The position numbers and the translations under genes are program-made. The notes under the pieces are model-generated. The model did not search any database and was not told the origin of the DNA. It saw only the letters and a program-made list of their open reading frames with translations. Below, one piece after another: positions 34,160 through 49,092 of a stretch of DNA of 64,000 bases. Every line of letters begins with the position of its first letter. Position 1 is the first letter of the stretch. Source of the stretch: Flaccisagitta enflata (lineage: Eukaryota); assembly GCA_965153355.1 (NCBI GenBank), contig OZ231126.1, positions 33,356,001 through 33,420,000 of the forward strand, given 5' to 3'.

Positions 34160-34408
34160 GCCACCTAAAAACTCATGTCTGGTCCGTGATTTTGCCAAGC
34201 TTTTTAGTTGCAGACACTTAACTCCACAAGAGGCTCTGTCGGTCCATTCGTCCATTGGTGATCTGTTGCGAAAATGCGCATTTTTGATGCTGCCATAGTG
34301 GTTATCTGTGTGCGAGAGTGTGTGGGGTGGGTGAGGGTGTTGATAGGGGTTGTATACTCCTACCCACCCATCCAATATTGTGACCCGCGTCACTTGTTTC
34401 TCTACTAT

Positions 34409-34615
34409 GAGCCTGTTCCTACACGAGATGATCGCGTTTTTAACAGGCCACTCGGTCGCTCGCTACGTTCGTTCGCTTACACCGCTCACTCTACAGCGCT
34501 CCGTGCATGGGCTCGCTCACTCCCTTGTGGGATGGTTGAGATTCATGTGTGTTCACGCTGAAATCGAGTCTAAAGTAAACAAACATGTTTGAAGTCTTCA
34601 CAAGAAACACGCCCT
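34409..34615 (-). mobile_element. MITE family copy (GAGCGA-rich)
   Basis: Reverse-complement relative of 61272-61527. Confidence 0.6.
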
Positions 34616-34704
34616 GTGTGTTATGGCATGGCATTAAGGACCATGAAAATTTGGTATAAATGAATGAATCTTTGAAGTCTTTAGTTTTTTAGCGGGTTTT
34701 AAGA

Positions 34705-34802
34705 TAAGGGTTAGGGTTGGGTTTGGAGTTAGGGATGGGGTTGGGGATGGTTTTAGGGTTAGGGACAGGGTTAGCGTTAGAGATAAGGGTTGGCTGGGTT
34801 TT
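34705..34802 (+). repeat. Degenerate TTAGGG-like G-rich tract
   Basis: GGGTTAGGGTTGGGTTTGGAGTTAGGGATGGGGTTGGGG...TTAGGGTTAGGG. Confidence 0.6.
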
Positions 34803-35065
34803 AGGCATTATAGCCCGAATCTGCTTGGATTAAAGCTTCACTCTGGCTGAGAATTTGGAATAAAAAACAAAAGCCCCCAAGAAGATTCTCAATTATCGCC
34901 AAAAATTCCACATTGTTAGATTAAAGCATAGCAAGTAAGGATTTGATAATCAAAAGCTGCAGCAAAATCAAATGTTGCGCACATGTATTAACCTTGCAGA
35001 TATAAAATTTGATTGTTGAGCAAAGTTTTTACACGTGCGCTTACAATTCCTCGCGTCCACGTGAC

Positions 35066-35590
35066 TTTTTCAGTCGCAGACACGTGACTACACCTTGCTG
35101 TGTTGGTCGGTTGGTAAGTCTGTCCGTCAGTGATATTTTTGAATTCCGAGCGGTTTTTGCATTACTGTTCCTGCCCAACCGTCCGCGACTGGATTGCCGT
35201 GTATCCAGCCTTGTCAACCTGCTGTATCAGTTGGTTGATCAATTGATCTGTCTGTCCATCACCATTAACTTTTTTGGCGTTTACAAGCGGTTTTTGCATA
35301 ACTGCTCCCGCCCGAATGCTTTGGTAAGCCTATTTTTTATTGCCCCTGCGACTTTGGTAGCTGTGTATCCAGCCATTTGGTCATTTATGTCATTTCAAGT
35401 CTGCTAGTTTAAGTCTGCTGGTTTAGATCTGCTGGTTTAAGTCTGCTGGTTTAAGTCTGCTGGTTTAAGTATGCCGGTTTAAGTCTGCCGGTTTAAGTTT
35501 GCCAATTTAGGTCTGCTGGTTTAAGTCTGCTGGTTTAAGTCTGCTGATTTAAGTCTGCTGGTTTAAGTGTGCTGGTTTAAGTCTGGTTTA
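35066..35590 (+). mobile_element. HINE-like copies followed by a 14-bp minisatellite (GTCTGCTGGTTTAA)n
   Basis: Family termini at 35066-35214, a second partial copy to ~35378, tandem 14-mers at 35398-35590. Confidence 0.6.
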
Positions 35591-37539
35591 GTCATTTTTC
35601 ATCAATTGGGTTGATAGAGTTGATTAATTTGACTCAATTACAAAATTCACCGCTTTTTCCAGTGGTCCCGGCCTGTAATTGGGTGGGTTTCCACGTGGAT
35701 TATTTTACGAAAGTGTAACTTTAGTTATTAAGGACTTAATCAACATGTGTTTTGATTCAGTAAGACGGTTTGATCTATCCTGGAGTGATAAATGCGGGCA
35801 GATAGGCGAACTATCCTCCCTGACATACACTTTTATTTTATTTTGTTCGTTCGGAATGATAAACATGGGTACCTACCCCGAGCGTGATAACGTACAGTGA
35901 CTGTCGGGCCATAAGGCACCGGTACGAATGGCGGAACGTAGGCCCCCTTGGAGTCCTTTTGGTAGTTTTCCCTGTCGTCTTAACTAGCTTAGCCGTCCAG
36001 ATTATAGCATAGCATGCATTTGATTTAACTTGTTTTTAAGTACGAAAATGTACGTGTACGCTGTACGTATAAAAGTTTTGTTTCTGTGATTTGGTCGTTA
36101 TATTGAAATAATGCAAACTTGTTTGACATTCCTCAATAAATGTTCTAAATTTCAAAATTTCAAATTTCCAATACCTCATTAAGATGATTTATTCATCAAT
36201 TCATTCAAGTCAATCTAGTCAACTAAATCATTTTATTCATTTCTTATATTTCTCCCTATTCAGTCATGTTGATTAAAAAAATAAAATAAGGAGTCAGGTC
36301 AATTCAGTTTTTTATGTCTCGCACGCAACTTATAGGTGTTGGCCTTGCTTTTAACTTCAGTTGAATAATGATAATGCAAAAAATATTTTCATGAGACAAA
36401 TTGTCTCCAGAAACACACTGTGTGTATGTTCTTGTCATATGCTGACATCAAAAGAACCTTAATATCAGCAATTCACATGAGCAATGCAAAGAAAATAAGG
36501 GTTTTTAATGAAGTTTTGCTTACACTTTTTTGTCAATTACTGCTGTCAAAATTATAAGATTCACAAATGCAAAGAAATTTTGCATTTTCAAAAACATAGC
36601 CGCCTCCTTAATCAATTTTGTTCTTCATTTTTGTTTTTTTTTTCATTTTCTATGCAAAGTTATGATTTTGACAAGCCTCCTTTCAGTGAACAAAAATAAG
36701 ATTTTGAATATTTTTTGGTGAATATATTCAGTCAATGGTATCAATACTTTCTCTTTTGTCCAAAATCAATGCAAATTTTGCAATGAAATATTTATCATGA
36801 TATACTACAATGATTTTTTTAATGTTATTTTTCATTTCTAACCATGGGCAAAAAAAACCGCACATGGCACTTTCTGATGCTTTTGATCGGCTTGATTTTG
36901 ATAAAAATACAAAAAATCAGTGACCGTTTGAAAGATATTCGAAAATTCTTCAAATCTAGACCAAGTAGAAATTTGTCGCTCAATTTGTTTAGAAATGGCA
37001 ACAGTTTGAAGTAAGCACCATCATAGACTGTCAATTGAAGGGATTCTATAGTTATAGTTTTGTCTTTAAAAACACGAAAAATTTATCTTATATAAGGAAA
37101 CTAACAAAAATTTAAGAGAAAATGAAAATATAACTTATTATCTACCTAATGACGCCAAGCAGACCTTTTTAAGTCAATCCATTCAGAAATGATATTGAAA
37201 CAAAGACATTTAGTCCATGAATTCAACTAAGTGAAAAACTTCATATCTGTCAGATTTCAATTTGATACTTTTTTTTTAAATTAATATAGCTTAAACAGTT
37301 TTCAAGTTAGAATTTTGTTCAACAACTCAAATGAAAGATTTTTCGAAGCTCTTTAAAATGGTCATAGATTTTACATACTTTTGAAAAAGCCACACCAATT
37401 TAGGGTAGAAATAAGCAATGTGTGATTTTTTTTTTGCCCATGGTTATTCTTATGAAATTTTCTACTTTGACCCCTGTTGACACACTAAATCTTGCCTTCA
37501 GATGCTCGCCGTCATAGAGCGCTGACTGAAGGCCTTCAA

Positions 37540-37983
37540 GAGCCTAAACCTAGGTCTAAGAAGGCTGATGTAAGGCCTGAGAATGCCTATCGGAAGGTTG
37601 ACTTGAGGCTCGAGAGAGATGGATTAGGGCTTGAAAGGTCAGAGGACTGATTTGAAGCCTGAGAGCAATGAATTGAGGTTTAGATAGCTGATTTGAGGCC
37701 TGAGAGGCCTTATTTGAGGCCTGAGAGACTGGATTTGAGGCTTGAGGGGCCAAATTTGAGGCCTGAGAGGCCAGATTTGAAGCCTGAGAGGCTGGATTTT
37801 GAGGCCTGAGAGGCTGGATTTGAGGCCTGAGAGGCCAGATTTGAGGTCTCAGAGGCCAGATTGGAGGCCTGAGGAGCCTGATGGGGGGGACGAATAAATG
37901 AACGAACGGACGAACGGACGAACAAACAAACGTCCCCCAGTGTTTTACAGGACTTTGTCCCCTTTGGGGCCGCTTCCCAAAAA
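37540..37983 (-). mobile_element. Partial copy of the 697-1327 family (21-bp minisatellite + terminal IR)
   Basis: GAGGCCTGAGAGGC...GATTT repeats ending ...CCCTTTGGGGCCGCTTCCCAAAAA. Confidence 0.75.
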
Positions 37984-38745
37984 GGATAAGAAAAAAATGT
38001 CAATTTAAGTTGAAATACCAAAAGATACTCTTTCACTTTCAGGCGCGTTTTTCAGAATTTGACTATGGCTATTGGCTCTCAAAAAATTACACTGTATCAA
38101 TTTGAAAACGAACAGTTTTTTCTTTTCTTCTTTTTTTCTTTTTTTTTTGCTGTGTCGGTCGGTCGGTCCGCAACTGGGTTGCCGTGTATCCAGCCTTGTT
38201 TTCACCTAGTTAGCCACTCTCTCTTTTTATGACATTTGGATCATAAAGACTGAAAAGAGAGAAAAAATCATTGTTAGAATCATTCAACTGGTTGAGTCGC
38301 TTGCTGTTGGTGTTTCCACAGGTAAGTCCATAGTTCTGTCCGTAATTTTGAGCGGAGAGCGTTACTACCTTGTTCTTATTACCGCGCATAAGTGGGCTAT
38401 GGAATGATGAACAGAATCAGATATAAAACCTATCAGCATCACTACCTTTTTAGTTTGTCAATCAGATGAAGCAAACGCCGGCTGATGCAAGATTTGGCAA
38501 CCCCACTCACAAGCATCTAAAACACTCATTTTTTCCACTTTTCAACTCATGCTCACGGACAAGGGACCAATGGACTGACGGAGGGACCAACACACCGATG
38601 GATGGACGGAAGGACCGATGGATGGACCGAAGGACCGATGGATGGACCGATGGACGATTAAGCCTCTTATGGCGTTGCGTGTCCGCAACTAAAAAAATTG
38701 GCACTGCCATCAGATGCACATTTCGTCTTCTGCCAACGCCGGGTC

Positions 38746-39341
38746 CTAACAGGTCTCACAAAAATTAGGCGGAAAGAGATGAAAACTCGTTGAAAAGAGG
38801 GTTAAAAATAGGAATATAATCAATCCAAGTGATGTATATCACCAATTTATGTTTATTTTATCAACATAATGCGAAAAATTCCCAAAAAAGGAAATGGCTA
38901 TCCCCTAATGAACGTAAATATGCTGATGAGTCAAAGGCAAACAAATTTGAGATTGACACACTATTCTTATTGTTTATACTTGACTTCACCTTCAATTCCT
39001 CAACTGCTGTCAACATACGCGGCTTTTTGTCTGCGCGACTGACTTTCCTGTATCCATCTATTGCATCACACGATAAATGGCGATTTTTTTTGTATTCCAT
39101 CTTCTTAAAATGACGAACGGTAAACGTTTTCCGCTCTGCTGCATTTTTCCTGTTAAAATCAGCAATAATCTGACACCTCACTTTTGGTAAAACACCCTCC
39201 ATCACGCCCTATATGCAGGAAAGTCGCCAACATCGATTTGCTATGTCAAAATACTGGGTCTTAGCTATCTCCATGTCAGGGCATTTTTACTATGTATATT
39301 GATCATTTTACTTTTCCGCCTAATTTTGTGAGACCTGTTAG
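38746..39341. mobile_element. MITE with ~30-bp TIRs
   Basis: CTAACAGGTCTCACAAAA(A)TTAGGCGGAAA at both ends. Confidence 0.8.
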
Positions 39342-40587
39342 TGTTTCATATATTTCTCAGTAACCTCATTGATCAATTCCAGTCCTAGTTCTCATAAGTA
39401 TGATTCCATAACAATAACTTTCGTAGCGTCGATGTTCAGCATTGAAAGGGGACAAAGAAGACAAAGAATCTTTATTTCATTAAGCACACAGTGTAAATGC
39501 GAAGTTCTCTTTTAGATGTGACCATTGAAAGCGATATCATTAAGCCATAAAACGTCAAAAAACTTTTTTGTTGAAAATTGTTGAGAGGAAATATAATCCT
39601 AGATACAATGTTTTTTATTGAAGTTTCTTGAATGAGGAGTTTTGAATTTAATGCGCTTTGGTTGAGGTATTCCATCTAAAAAAAAATAAAATCGAGTCAT
39701 TTCATAAATTCTTTCACAGAATTTTTAATCTTTCATTGGATTTTGCTTTGAAAAATGAATATGGAAACCTAAGGCGATCACCGACATGGTTAATCCAATA
39801 AAAACCAGACTCATATTAAATGATTTTCCTAAAATATGGTTAAAAAGATAAACAGATGTTCGAATGAATAGCGAGTGACATTTGGAAATCTTATCAACCG
39901 AGAAAAAAAGAGTCCAATAATATGTCTCGAAATTGTATTTTCTGAAGTGCTTTTTGGATAATAAAAAAAAATTCTTTGTCTGAGATTCTGATATGTTCTG
40001 ATCCCCATTGAAAGGGTTAATTTGATCGTTTAATTCGATCCTGGCTTTGCCGTCCTCAGCCGTTCTTCATTTTATGTTTTTAATCTAGTTTCTTTTTCTT
40101 TTTTTCTTTCTTTGCTTCTCGTAAATGTATTCATGTGTGCATATAATTATGCAAACGACTTGGAATTTTTATTTACGTTTTAGTTGGAATATCCCATATC
40201 AACGAGAAATGTATTTGCGCTCCTTACGCTCTAAACGGGCTGCATGTATTCAGTCACGGGACTCTTGTATGCTGCAAGAAAAGATCGAAAGACTCGCTTT
40301 AAACTGGCAAAAATAAATGAATGAATAAAAAGAATAGAATTTGTATCCAGTACCAAATTTGGTTATGAGCATTAATTAATATGTTGATGTGTTATTTGTT
40401 AATGCAATTTCATGAACTCACCTTTTGAACCTTTCTGAATTACAAAGAAGGTTGTGCCAATTTGTTCAACATGTCAGTCCGTATGTATGGTCGAAAGCCA
40501 CCATGAACCCGTAACTGATAAGATAAGATGAGATGCAAAATCCTCAGATTGTTTTTGGGAAAGGGAGAGGCAAAGAGAAAGTTAAAG

Positions 40588-40623
<36 letters not shown>

Positions 40624-40872
40624 CGCAGTCGAGACATGGTGCACGCAGACAAACAAGCACGCGCGCAAAAGGTGCGCGCGCGGGGAAACTCCGTGCGTCC
40701 GTGAACTCGAACGTGAGGAAACGTAGACAAAGATCTCAAAAGAGAGAAAAAGCGAAGGAAAAGAAATGGGGAAAGAAAAGAGGCTGTATGTGATTAAGAC
40801 GAGAGATGGAAGAAGCAGAGCAGCCGATGGAGCTGGCTGAGATGAAAAAGAATCTCCCTCTTTCGCTTTTCT

Positions 40873-41165
<293 letters not shown>

Positions 41166-41783
41166 ACAGGCAGACAGAAAGACGAATAGAGGGAAGCTTA
41201 TCTTTCACACAAACGGAAAAAAAGAATGAAAAATCGTAGAGAAAGAATTAGAGGCGATCCATCGATCGGTCGGTCCGTCGATCTGTTGGTCCGTAAGTCC
41301 ATTGATCTGCCGGTCTGTCGGTCACCTTGGTTTGTCACGCTTTCACTTTTCTGGCGTTTGTGAGATTATTAGCTCAATGGCTCCTGATCAAAGGCTTCAG
41401 GGACCTCAAATACCGTCATCCCGCAAGCGACTGGGGTAGCCGTGTATTCCACCATGTTCAGTTGGTTGTCACATTCATCTAGAACCGTGTTCGATTCCAG
41501 CTATTTACGTATACAAAATTACAAAAGTTCGTCTAAAAAAGTCGGTCTGTTGGACATTGGATCGGTTGGTCGGTGACGATTGGTCAGGCGTAAGTGGTGG
41601 CCTGGCCTTGCTTCCTTTTTATTCGAGGAACTTGTGACATAAAATCGATCACTTTTTCCCGATAAATCTACAGTATGGTAATTATCACAGTTACCAACTT
41701 AGGTAACTGTAATGTGATAATCTCTGCTATTTTGTTGGATATACAAATATGATTCGTACATTCGTAAAAGTGCACATTGGAAG

Positions 41784-42136
41784 AACAAGGCCAACACCTA
41801 TAAGTCACGTGCGAAATTTACAGACTAAGAATGACTTAGAATGACTTAGAATGACTTGAAATGGCCAAAAACGACATAAAATGACTAAAAAACCTAATGA
41901 CCAAAAATGACCTAAAATAACTTAGAATGACTTAAAATGACTTAAAATGACTTAAAATGACTCAAAATGACTTAGTATAACTATTAATGACTTAAGATGA
42001 CTTAAAATGACCTAAGAGTTGATGTTATATTACAAAAAAGTAAAGTGTGACGGATGGACCGACGGACGGATGGACTGACGGACCGACGGACGGACCGACA
42101 AAGCGGGGTGTAGAGTCGCATGCACGCGACTAAAAA
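41784..42136 (-). mobile_element. HINE-like element with (AATGACTTAA/G)n array
   Basis: AACAAGGCCAACACCTATAAGTCACGTG...GTAGAGTCGCATGCACGCGACTAAAAA. Confidence 0.75.
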
Positions 42137-42890
42137 GCTAATGAATTAAAGTATGATTTTTCTCTCTCAGGCAAATAATGGATCATTTCATCATAAACTG
42201 TCATAACCACCAGATAACTAGCGTGTCTTTTGGACTCCTACTCATATACGCAGAAAATGAAAAATTCCACATGGTTCATCCGCGGTTGTCTGAGAGGTGG
42301 CGGTTTTCTCTCCTGACAAACCTTGAAGGGTGTTGGACATATTTCCACCAAGCCATAGTTCCATTCCGCTTTCACAACTGTCAAGAAATGTATTCCCAAT
42401 CCTAAACGCGGTTTTCATTCGGAATCACAATCTAGGCCACGATAATCCATTTCTGATCTTCACCAAACACGCACATGCCCACAAACTTTTACCCCCAACC
42501 CCCCTACCACCACCATCCCCACCATCCTTGTTAAATATCATTCCCATTTATGCCTCCTTCTCCTCCTTCCTCTTACGATTTTTTCATGATTCTAACGTAC
42601 ACTTTTTCTCCTCGTCCTCCTCCACCTCCTTCTTTCACCTCTCCATGAGTTGACTTATGGCATCGACCGCCATGGAATTTTCTGCGCAATGATTAATTGC
42701 TTTGGAAACGTGAAAAAATATTCTTAGGAGGCGAACGAGAAGAAATATGGTGGAAGCGATGTTGAACCGCTTCAAATGGAGTAATCATCAACGCCAAAAG
42801 CTCTTTTCAACGGAGAAAGAGAGAGAAAATGAAGGCCAACTTGTGGCAACAAATAAAGAGAGAAAAGAAGTAGGAGAAGAAGGAGAAGAA

Positions 42891-43041
42891 AACAAGGCCG
42901 GATACACGGCAACCCAGTCGCGAACAGTTGGGCAGGAGCAATAATGCGAAAATCGCTCGCAATTCAGAAATGTTACCTACCGATGGACGGACGGACCGAC
43001 CGACACGGCAAGGTGTAGAGTCGCGTGTCCGCGACTAAAAA
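42891..43041 (-). mobile_element. HINE-like element
   Basis: Family termini and (GACG/GACC)n. Confidence 0.75.
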
Positions 43042-43141
43042 GAAGACGAAGAGGAAGGAAACGAAGAAGAAGGACGGGGCTTATGGAGCAAGGAGGAGGA
43101 AAAAGAGCCATCGTGGCCAAAAAAAGGGGATGAAGGCAAGA

Positions 43142-43162
43142 AGAGTGAGTGGCTGGGGAGAG

Positions 43163-43237
<75 letters not shown>

Positions 43238-44454
43238 ACCTTCTACAGATTGCTATCATTTTGCGAAGTAGAACATCTAAGGAAAAAAAATGAAAAAGCT
43301 TCTCCAGAAAGTGATAGTCTGCTCTCTATCGATTATTTTTAGTTGCGTGCACGCGACTCTACACCTTACCGTGTCGGTCGGTAGGTCGGTAAGTCGGTAG
43401 GTCCGTCACATTTTTAAAATTATGACTTTTTAGGTTTTTAAAGGAAATCTAAGCATTTGGAACTACTGATTTCGCCGCCTTTCCCTGGTCTAATTCTTTA
43501 TTCAAAACATTCTCTTTTATTGAATAGGAAGAAAACGATTATCTTAAACATCAATGAGTGATGTAAAATAGAAGAAGGAAGTTGTTGTCTTTCAGGGGAA
43601 TTTATCCAAAATCCTTTTCACTCTTTACTAAATAGAAAAAAATAAGAAAATAATAAAACAATAGAATTTATAAACTTCATGGAATATGCAGGGTAAGACC
43701 CCTATTTAGATTCTCCCAGCGGCACGAGTTTTTATTCATGGTACTCTAGGGTATTTCAGGGTACTTTGTGGTACTTTTGGGTACTTTAGGGTACTTAAGT
43801 TTTTCAAGGTACTTAAGGGTACTTTTAGATATTTTCGGGTACTTTTGGGTATTTTTGAGTATTTTTGAGTATTTCTGGGTATGTTTTAAGTATTATTGAG
43901 TATTTTTGGGTATGTTGAGGTATTTTTGGTTATTTTTGGGTATTTTTGGGTATTTTGGGTATATTTGGGTATTTTTGGGTATGTTTGGTATTTTGTTAAC
44001 AGTTGTTGACAGTCGTTATAAAGTTTTGTTTGTCATAACCAGATGCACGCAACTGTTGCCCTCTTGGGCTTGTTGGAACAAGATTCTAGATTTTGGATGA
44101 TATATTGATGACAAAATTGCAAGGGGCAGTATTGAGAAGAGGGACTGTTGTGAGACACATATAGGTTAAATGATAAGAGACAACACAAAGCAGAATAGTT
44201 AAAATAAGTTATTTAGTTAAAATGTGACTTTTTTGTAATGAAATTTTGATAGTGATTTACCTTCAATGTGAATGGGGTTTAGCAAATAGGGCCAAAAATG
44301 AGGTTTTACTCTACGATCAACTGTTTACGAGTTATAAGCAAAAAAAGAAAAATAGAAAAAATTTTTAATTATCAACTTTTTCACTGTATTGAATAGATTT
44401 AAAGACTATAACTTTGAGGAGCCTCCCTGAGAGGGCCATCCTATTTCGACAGTC

Positions 44455-44516
<62 letters not shown>

Positions 44517-46212
44517 ATGCGTCCTCGCATCTTTTTAAGAGGGTGTGTCAGAAGGGAGGTCCGTTAGGCGAAGGTTTCTAAACGCGATTCCCTAGGTTTT
44601 CTCTCCATCTCTATATATCAAGAAGATAAATCATATCGTATAGCTAAACTAAATGCATCTATTGGACATTTCTTGGCCTTGATTCTAAGTTAGCCACTCA
44701 CCAACCGCTATGAATTGACCTCATTTGTACTAGGTCGGGTTTTGTGTAACATCACCAATTCTTAACCCGCGTTTGCATTGTCCAATCAATTCAGGAACAA
44801 CGACAAGTTTAGGGACTCCCATCACTCGTGTCTCGTTCGTCAGTGACTCAATCGGCCAAAATTCCACCGCGATCAAAGCGGGTTCTTCTATCTGGCACGC
44901 CAATTTTTATCGAGTATTTTAAATCCTTTGAAAAAAACGTCTTTTAGAGTGAGTGGCTGGGGAGAGAGGCAGAGAGAGAGAGAGAGAGAGAGAGCACCTT
45001 CTACAGATTGCTATCATTTTGCGCAGTAGAACATCTAAGGAAAAAAAATGAAAAAGCTTCTCCAGAAAGTGATAGTCTGCTCTCTATCGATTATTTTTAG
45101 TTGCGTGCACGCGACTCTACACCTTACCGTGTCGGTCGGTAGGTCGGTAAGTCGGTAGGTCCGTCACATTTTTAAAATTATGACTTTTTAGGTTTTTAAA
45201 GGAAATCTAAGCATTTGGAACTACTGATTTCGCCGCCTTTCCCTGGGCTAATTCTTTATTCAAAACATTCTCTTTTATTGAATAGGAAGAAAACGATTAT
45301 CTTAAACATCAATGAGTGATGTAAAATAGAAGAAGGAAGTTGTTGTCTTTCAGGGGAATTTATCCAAAATCCTTTTCACTCTTTACTAAATAGAAAAAAA
45401 TAAGAAAATAATAAAACAATAGAATTTATAAACTTCATGGAATATGCAGGGTAAGACCCCTATTTAGATTCTCCCAGCGGCACGAGTTTTTATTCATGGT
45501 ACTCTAGGGTATTTCAGGGTACTTTGTGGTACTTTTGGGTACTTTAGGGTACTTAAGTTTTTCAAGGTACTTAAGGGTACTTTTAGATATTTTCGGGTAC
45601 TTTTGGGTATTTTTGAGTATTTTTGAGTATTTCTGGGTATGTTTTAAGTATTATTGAGTATTTTTGGGTATGTTGAGGTATTTTTGGTTATTTTTGGGTA
45701 TTTTTGGGTATTTTGGGTATATTTGGGTATTTTTGGGTATGTTTGGTATTTTGTTAACAGTTGTTGACAGTCGTTATAAAGTTTTGTTTGTCATAACCAG
45801 ATGCACGCAACTGTTGCCCTCTTGGGCTTGTTGGAACAAGATTCTAGATTTTGGATGATATATTGATGACAAAATTGCAAGGGGCAGTATTGAGAAGAGG
45901 GACTGTTGTGAGACACATATAGGTTAAATTATAAGAGACAACACAGGGCAGAATAGTTAAAATAAGTTATTTAGTTAAAATGTGACTTTTTTGTAATGAA
46001 ATTTTGATAGTGATTTACCTTCAATGTGAATGGGGTTTAGCAAATAGGGCCAAAAATGAGGTTTTACTCTACGATCAACTGTTTACGAGTTATAAGCAAA
46101 AAAAGAAAAATAGAAAAAATTTTTAATTATCAACTTTTTCACTGTATTGAATAGATTTAAAGACTATAACTTTGAGGAGCCTCCCTGAGAGGGCCATCCT
46201 ATTTCGACAGTC

Positions 46213-46284
<72 letters not shown>

Positions 46285-46712
46285 ATGCGTCCTCGCATCT
46301 TTTTAAGAGGGTGTGTCAGAAGGGAGGTCCGTTAGGCGAAGGTTTCTAAACGCGATTCCCTAGGTTTTCTCTCCATCTCTATATATCAAGAAGATAAATC
46401 ATATCGTATAGCTAAACTAAACGATCTATTGGACATTTCTTGGCCTTGATTCTAAGTTAGCCACTCACCAACCGCTATGAATTGACCTCATTTGTACTAG
46501 GTCGGGTTTTGTGTAACATCACCAATTCTTAACCCGCGTTTGCATTGTCCAATCAATTCAGGAACAAAGACAAGTTTAGGGACTCCCATCACTCGTGTCT
46601 CGTTCGTCAGTGACTCAATCGGCCAAAATTCCACCGCGATCAAAGCGGGTTCTTCTATCTGGCACGCCAATTTTTATCGAGTATTTTAAATCCTTTGAAA
46701 AAAACGTCTTTT
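43142..46712 (+). repeat. Tandem duplication, ~1.8 kb x2 (43142-44945 / 44946-46712)
   Basis: Near-identical copies with only a handful of substitutions and (GA)n length differences. Confidence 0.95.
43336..44074 (+). mobile_element. HINE-like element with (TTTTTGGGTA)n array (duplicated at ~45094-45832)
   Basis: 5' TTTTTAGTTGCGTGCACGCGACTCTA, 3' GCACGCAACTGTTGCCCTCTTGGGCTTGTT. Confidence 0.7.
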
Positions 46713-47352
46713 AAGGCATCGGCCGTGAAGGGCCCAATGATCTATCCTTTCACTTATTGAGGAAATCTCTCGCTCCCCTTCTTTACTCCATGCATCTTCC
46801 CCTTTGACACTCAAAAATCCAAGCCTCAAGGCCCAAATAGCTGCCTCAATGCTCATATCCCAGCCCTGAGGCTTAAAGTCCAAGCCTCTAGGCTTAGGCA
46901 GCAGCCCAAAGGCATGACGGTATATAGTCAGCACTACCTATGAGAGGGGAATGGGCAGAAGTAGAATGAGGCGGAAGTTCTGAATAACACTGGGGTATCT
47001 GTCCTTCCTTACGTCTGTCTGTTGGACTGTCCACCTGTCTGACTGTCCATCTGTCCATGATAAAGTTCCCAGAGACACGGATCTGGATGATAGAAGCCAT
47101 GATCTGTACCACGGAGACCTGAATCAAATTCCCAAAAAAAAGTTAACTCCCAGCCTTAACAATCAAATCCTAGCCTCTGTGCTCAAATTCCAGCCTTCAT
47201 TTTTCAAGCCCTCAATCATCCATACTCAAATCCAAGCTAACAAAAGGTCAACAGCTCCTGCAGGGCTGCTGCTTCTTTCACTACCATACAAAACTTTATA
47301 TTGACCACGGGGCAACGGGTTCCGCTGATCATTTGACGCTTTTCCGACTATT
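46713..47352 (+). mobile_element. Degenerate relative(s) of the 697-1327 family
   Basis: AAATCC.AGCCTC minisatellite remnants, GGCAGCAGCCCAAAGG, GGGCAACGGGTTCCGCTGATCA. Confidence 0.45.
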
Positions 47353-47670
47353 TTGACACACAATGAGAATATCCGCATTGGCTTTAAATTCGGCGCCTCG
47401 ACGCGCGTTTCAGTTAAATCTTCGTTTACCGATAAGTTCAGCGGATGAAAATTGGATTTTTGCCGAGGACGAGACGTAGCTCTAACTTTATCCGCAAATC
47501 GTTCGATAAGACCGCAGTCAGAATAAGTAACTGAAAATCTTTACGCGCTCGCAATTAAACATATTTTTCATTGTAAAACATTTATACGCATCTACGTATC
47601 TAAAAACATGAAATTTGTTGTGCCTCACTTTCTTCACTCTCTTTTTTTACGTGCGACAAAGCACCTCTAT

Positions 47671-48506
<836 letters not shown>

Positions 48507-48914
48507 ATAACTGGATGTGTCCGTTGATCGGTTGGTCGGTCGGTCGGTTGGTTGGTTAGTTGGTCGGTAACGCATTTGTTCGACGATCCAAACGTCGCAC
48601 CTATCGGCCAACTTGGCCTTGTTTAACGACCGATGTTAATCACTTCTTTTGCACTTTTGCACAGTGCGATCTGAAATTTTTTTCAGTATTTTGAAGGTTC
48701 AATAACGTCAATGATGGTCAAAAAGCGCTCCATGAAGAGTGGAGCCCGTTGGCCCTGCTTTGCAATAAGGTTAACAATTCATTATTGTACGTGTATTTTT
48801 CATCCAGAACATTATCTAGAAATGGGATTTGAGCTCCGAGGTTGGGATTTTTTCCTCTGGGGTGGGGAGCGGTTTAGCGCAACTGCCTGAATCGCTGCTT
48901 GTTACATAACCCTG

Positions 48915-48954
48915 GGTTGTACAATGTGGTTGGGCCCAACCACATTGTACAACC
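48915..48954. repeat. Perfect 40-bp palindrome
   Basis: GGTTGTACAATGTGGTTGGG|CCCAACCACATTGTACAACC. Confidence 0.95.
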
Positions 48955-49092
48955 AATACGGCAATGGGCATAAGCAGCGGTTTAGTAAATAGCCCGATTC
49001 TGAGAGAGAAAAGAAACCAATAAAACAGCTGACACATATGAGGTATGCACTATGCAGCCAAGCTGATTGTTTCTTTCAGGTAAGCATTTTTT

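Noticed and set aside
34705-34802. Interstitial telomere
   Set aside because: Too degenerate and short; similar TTAGGG-like tracts are common inside transposon remnants.
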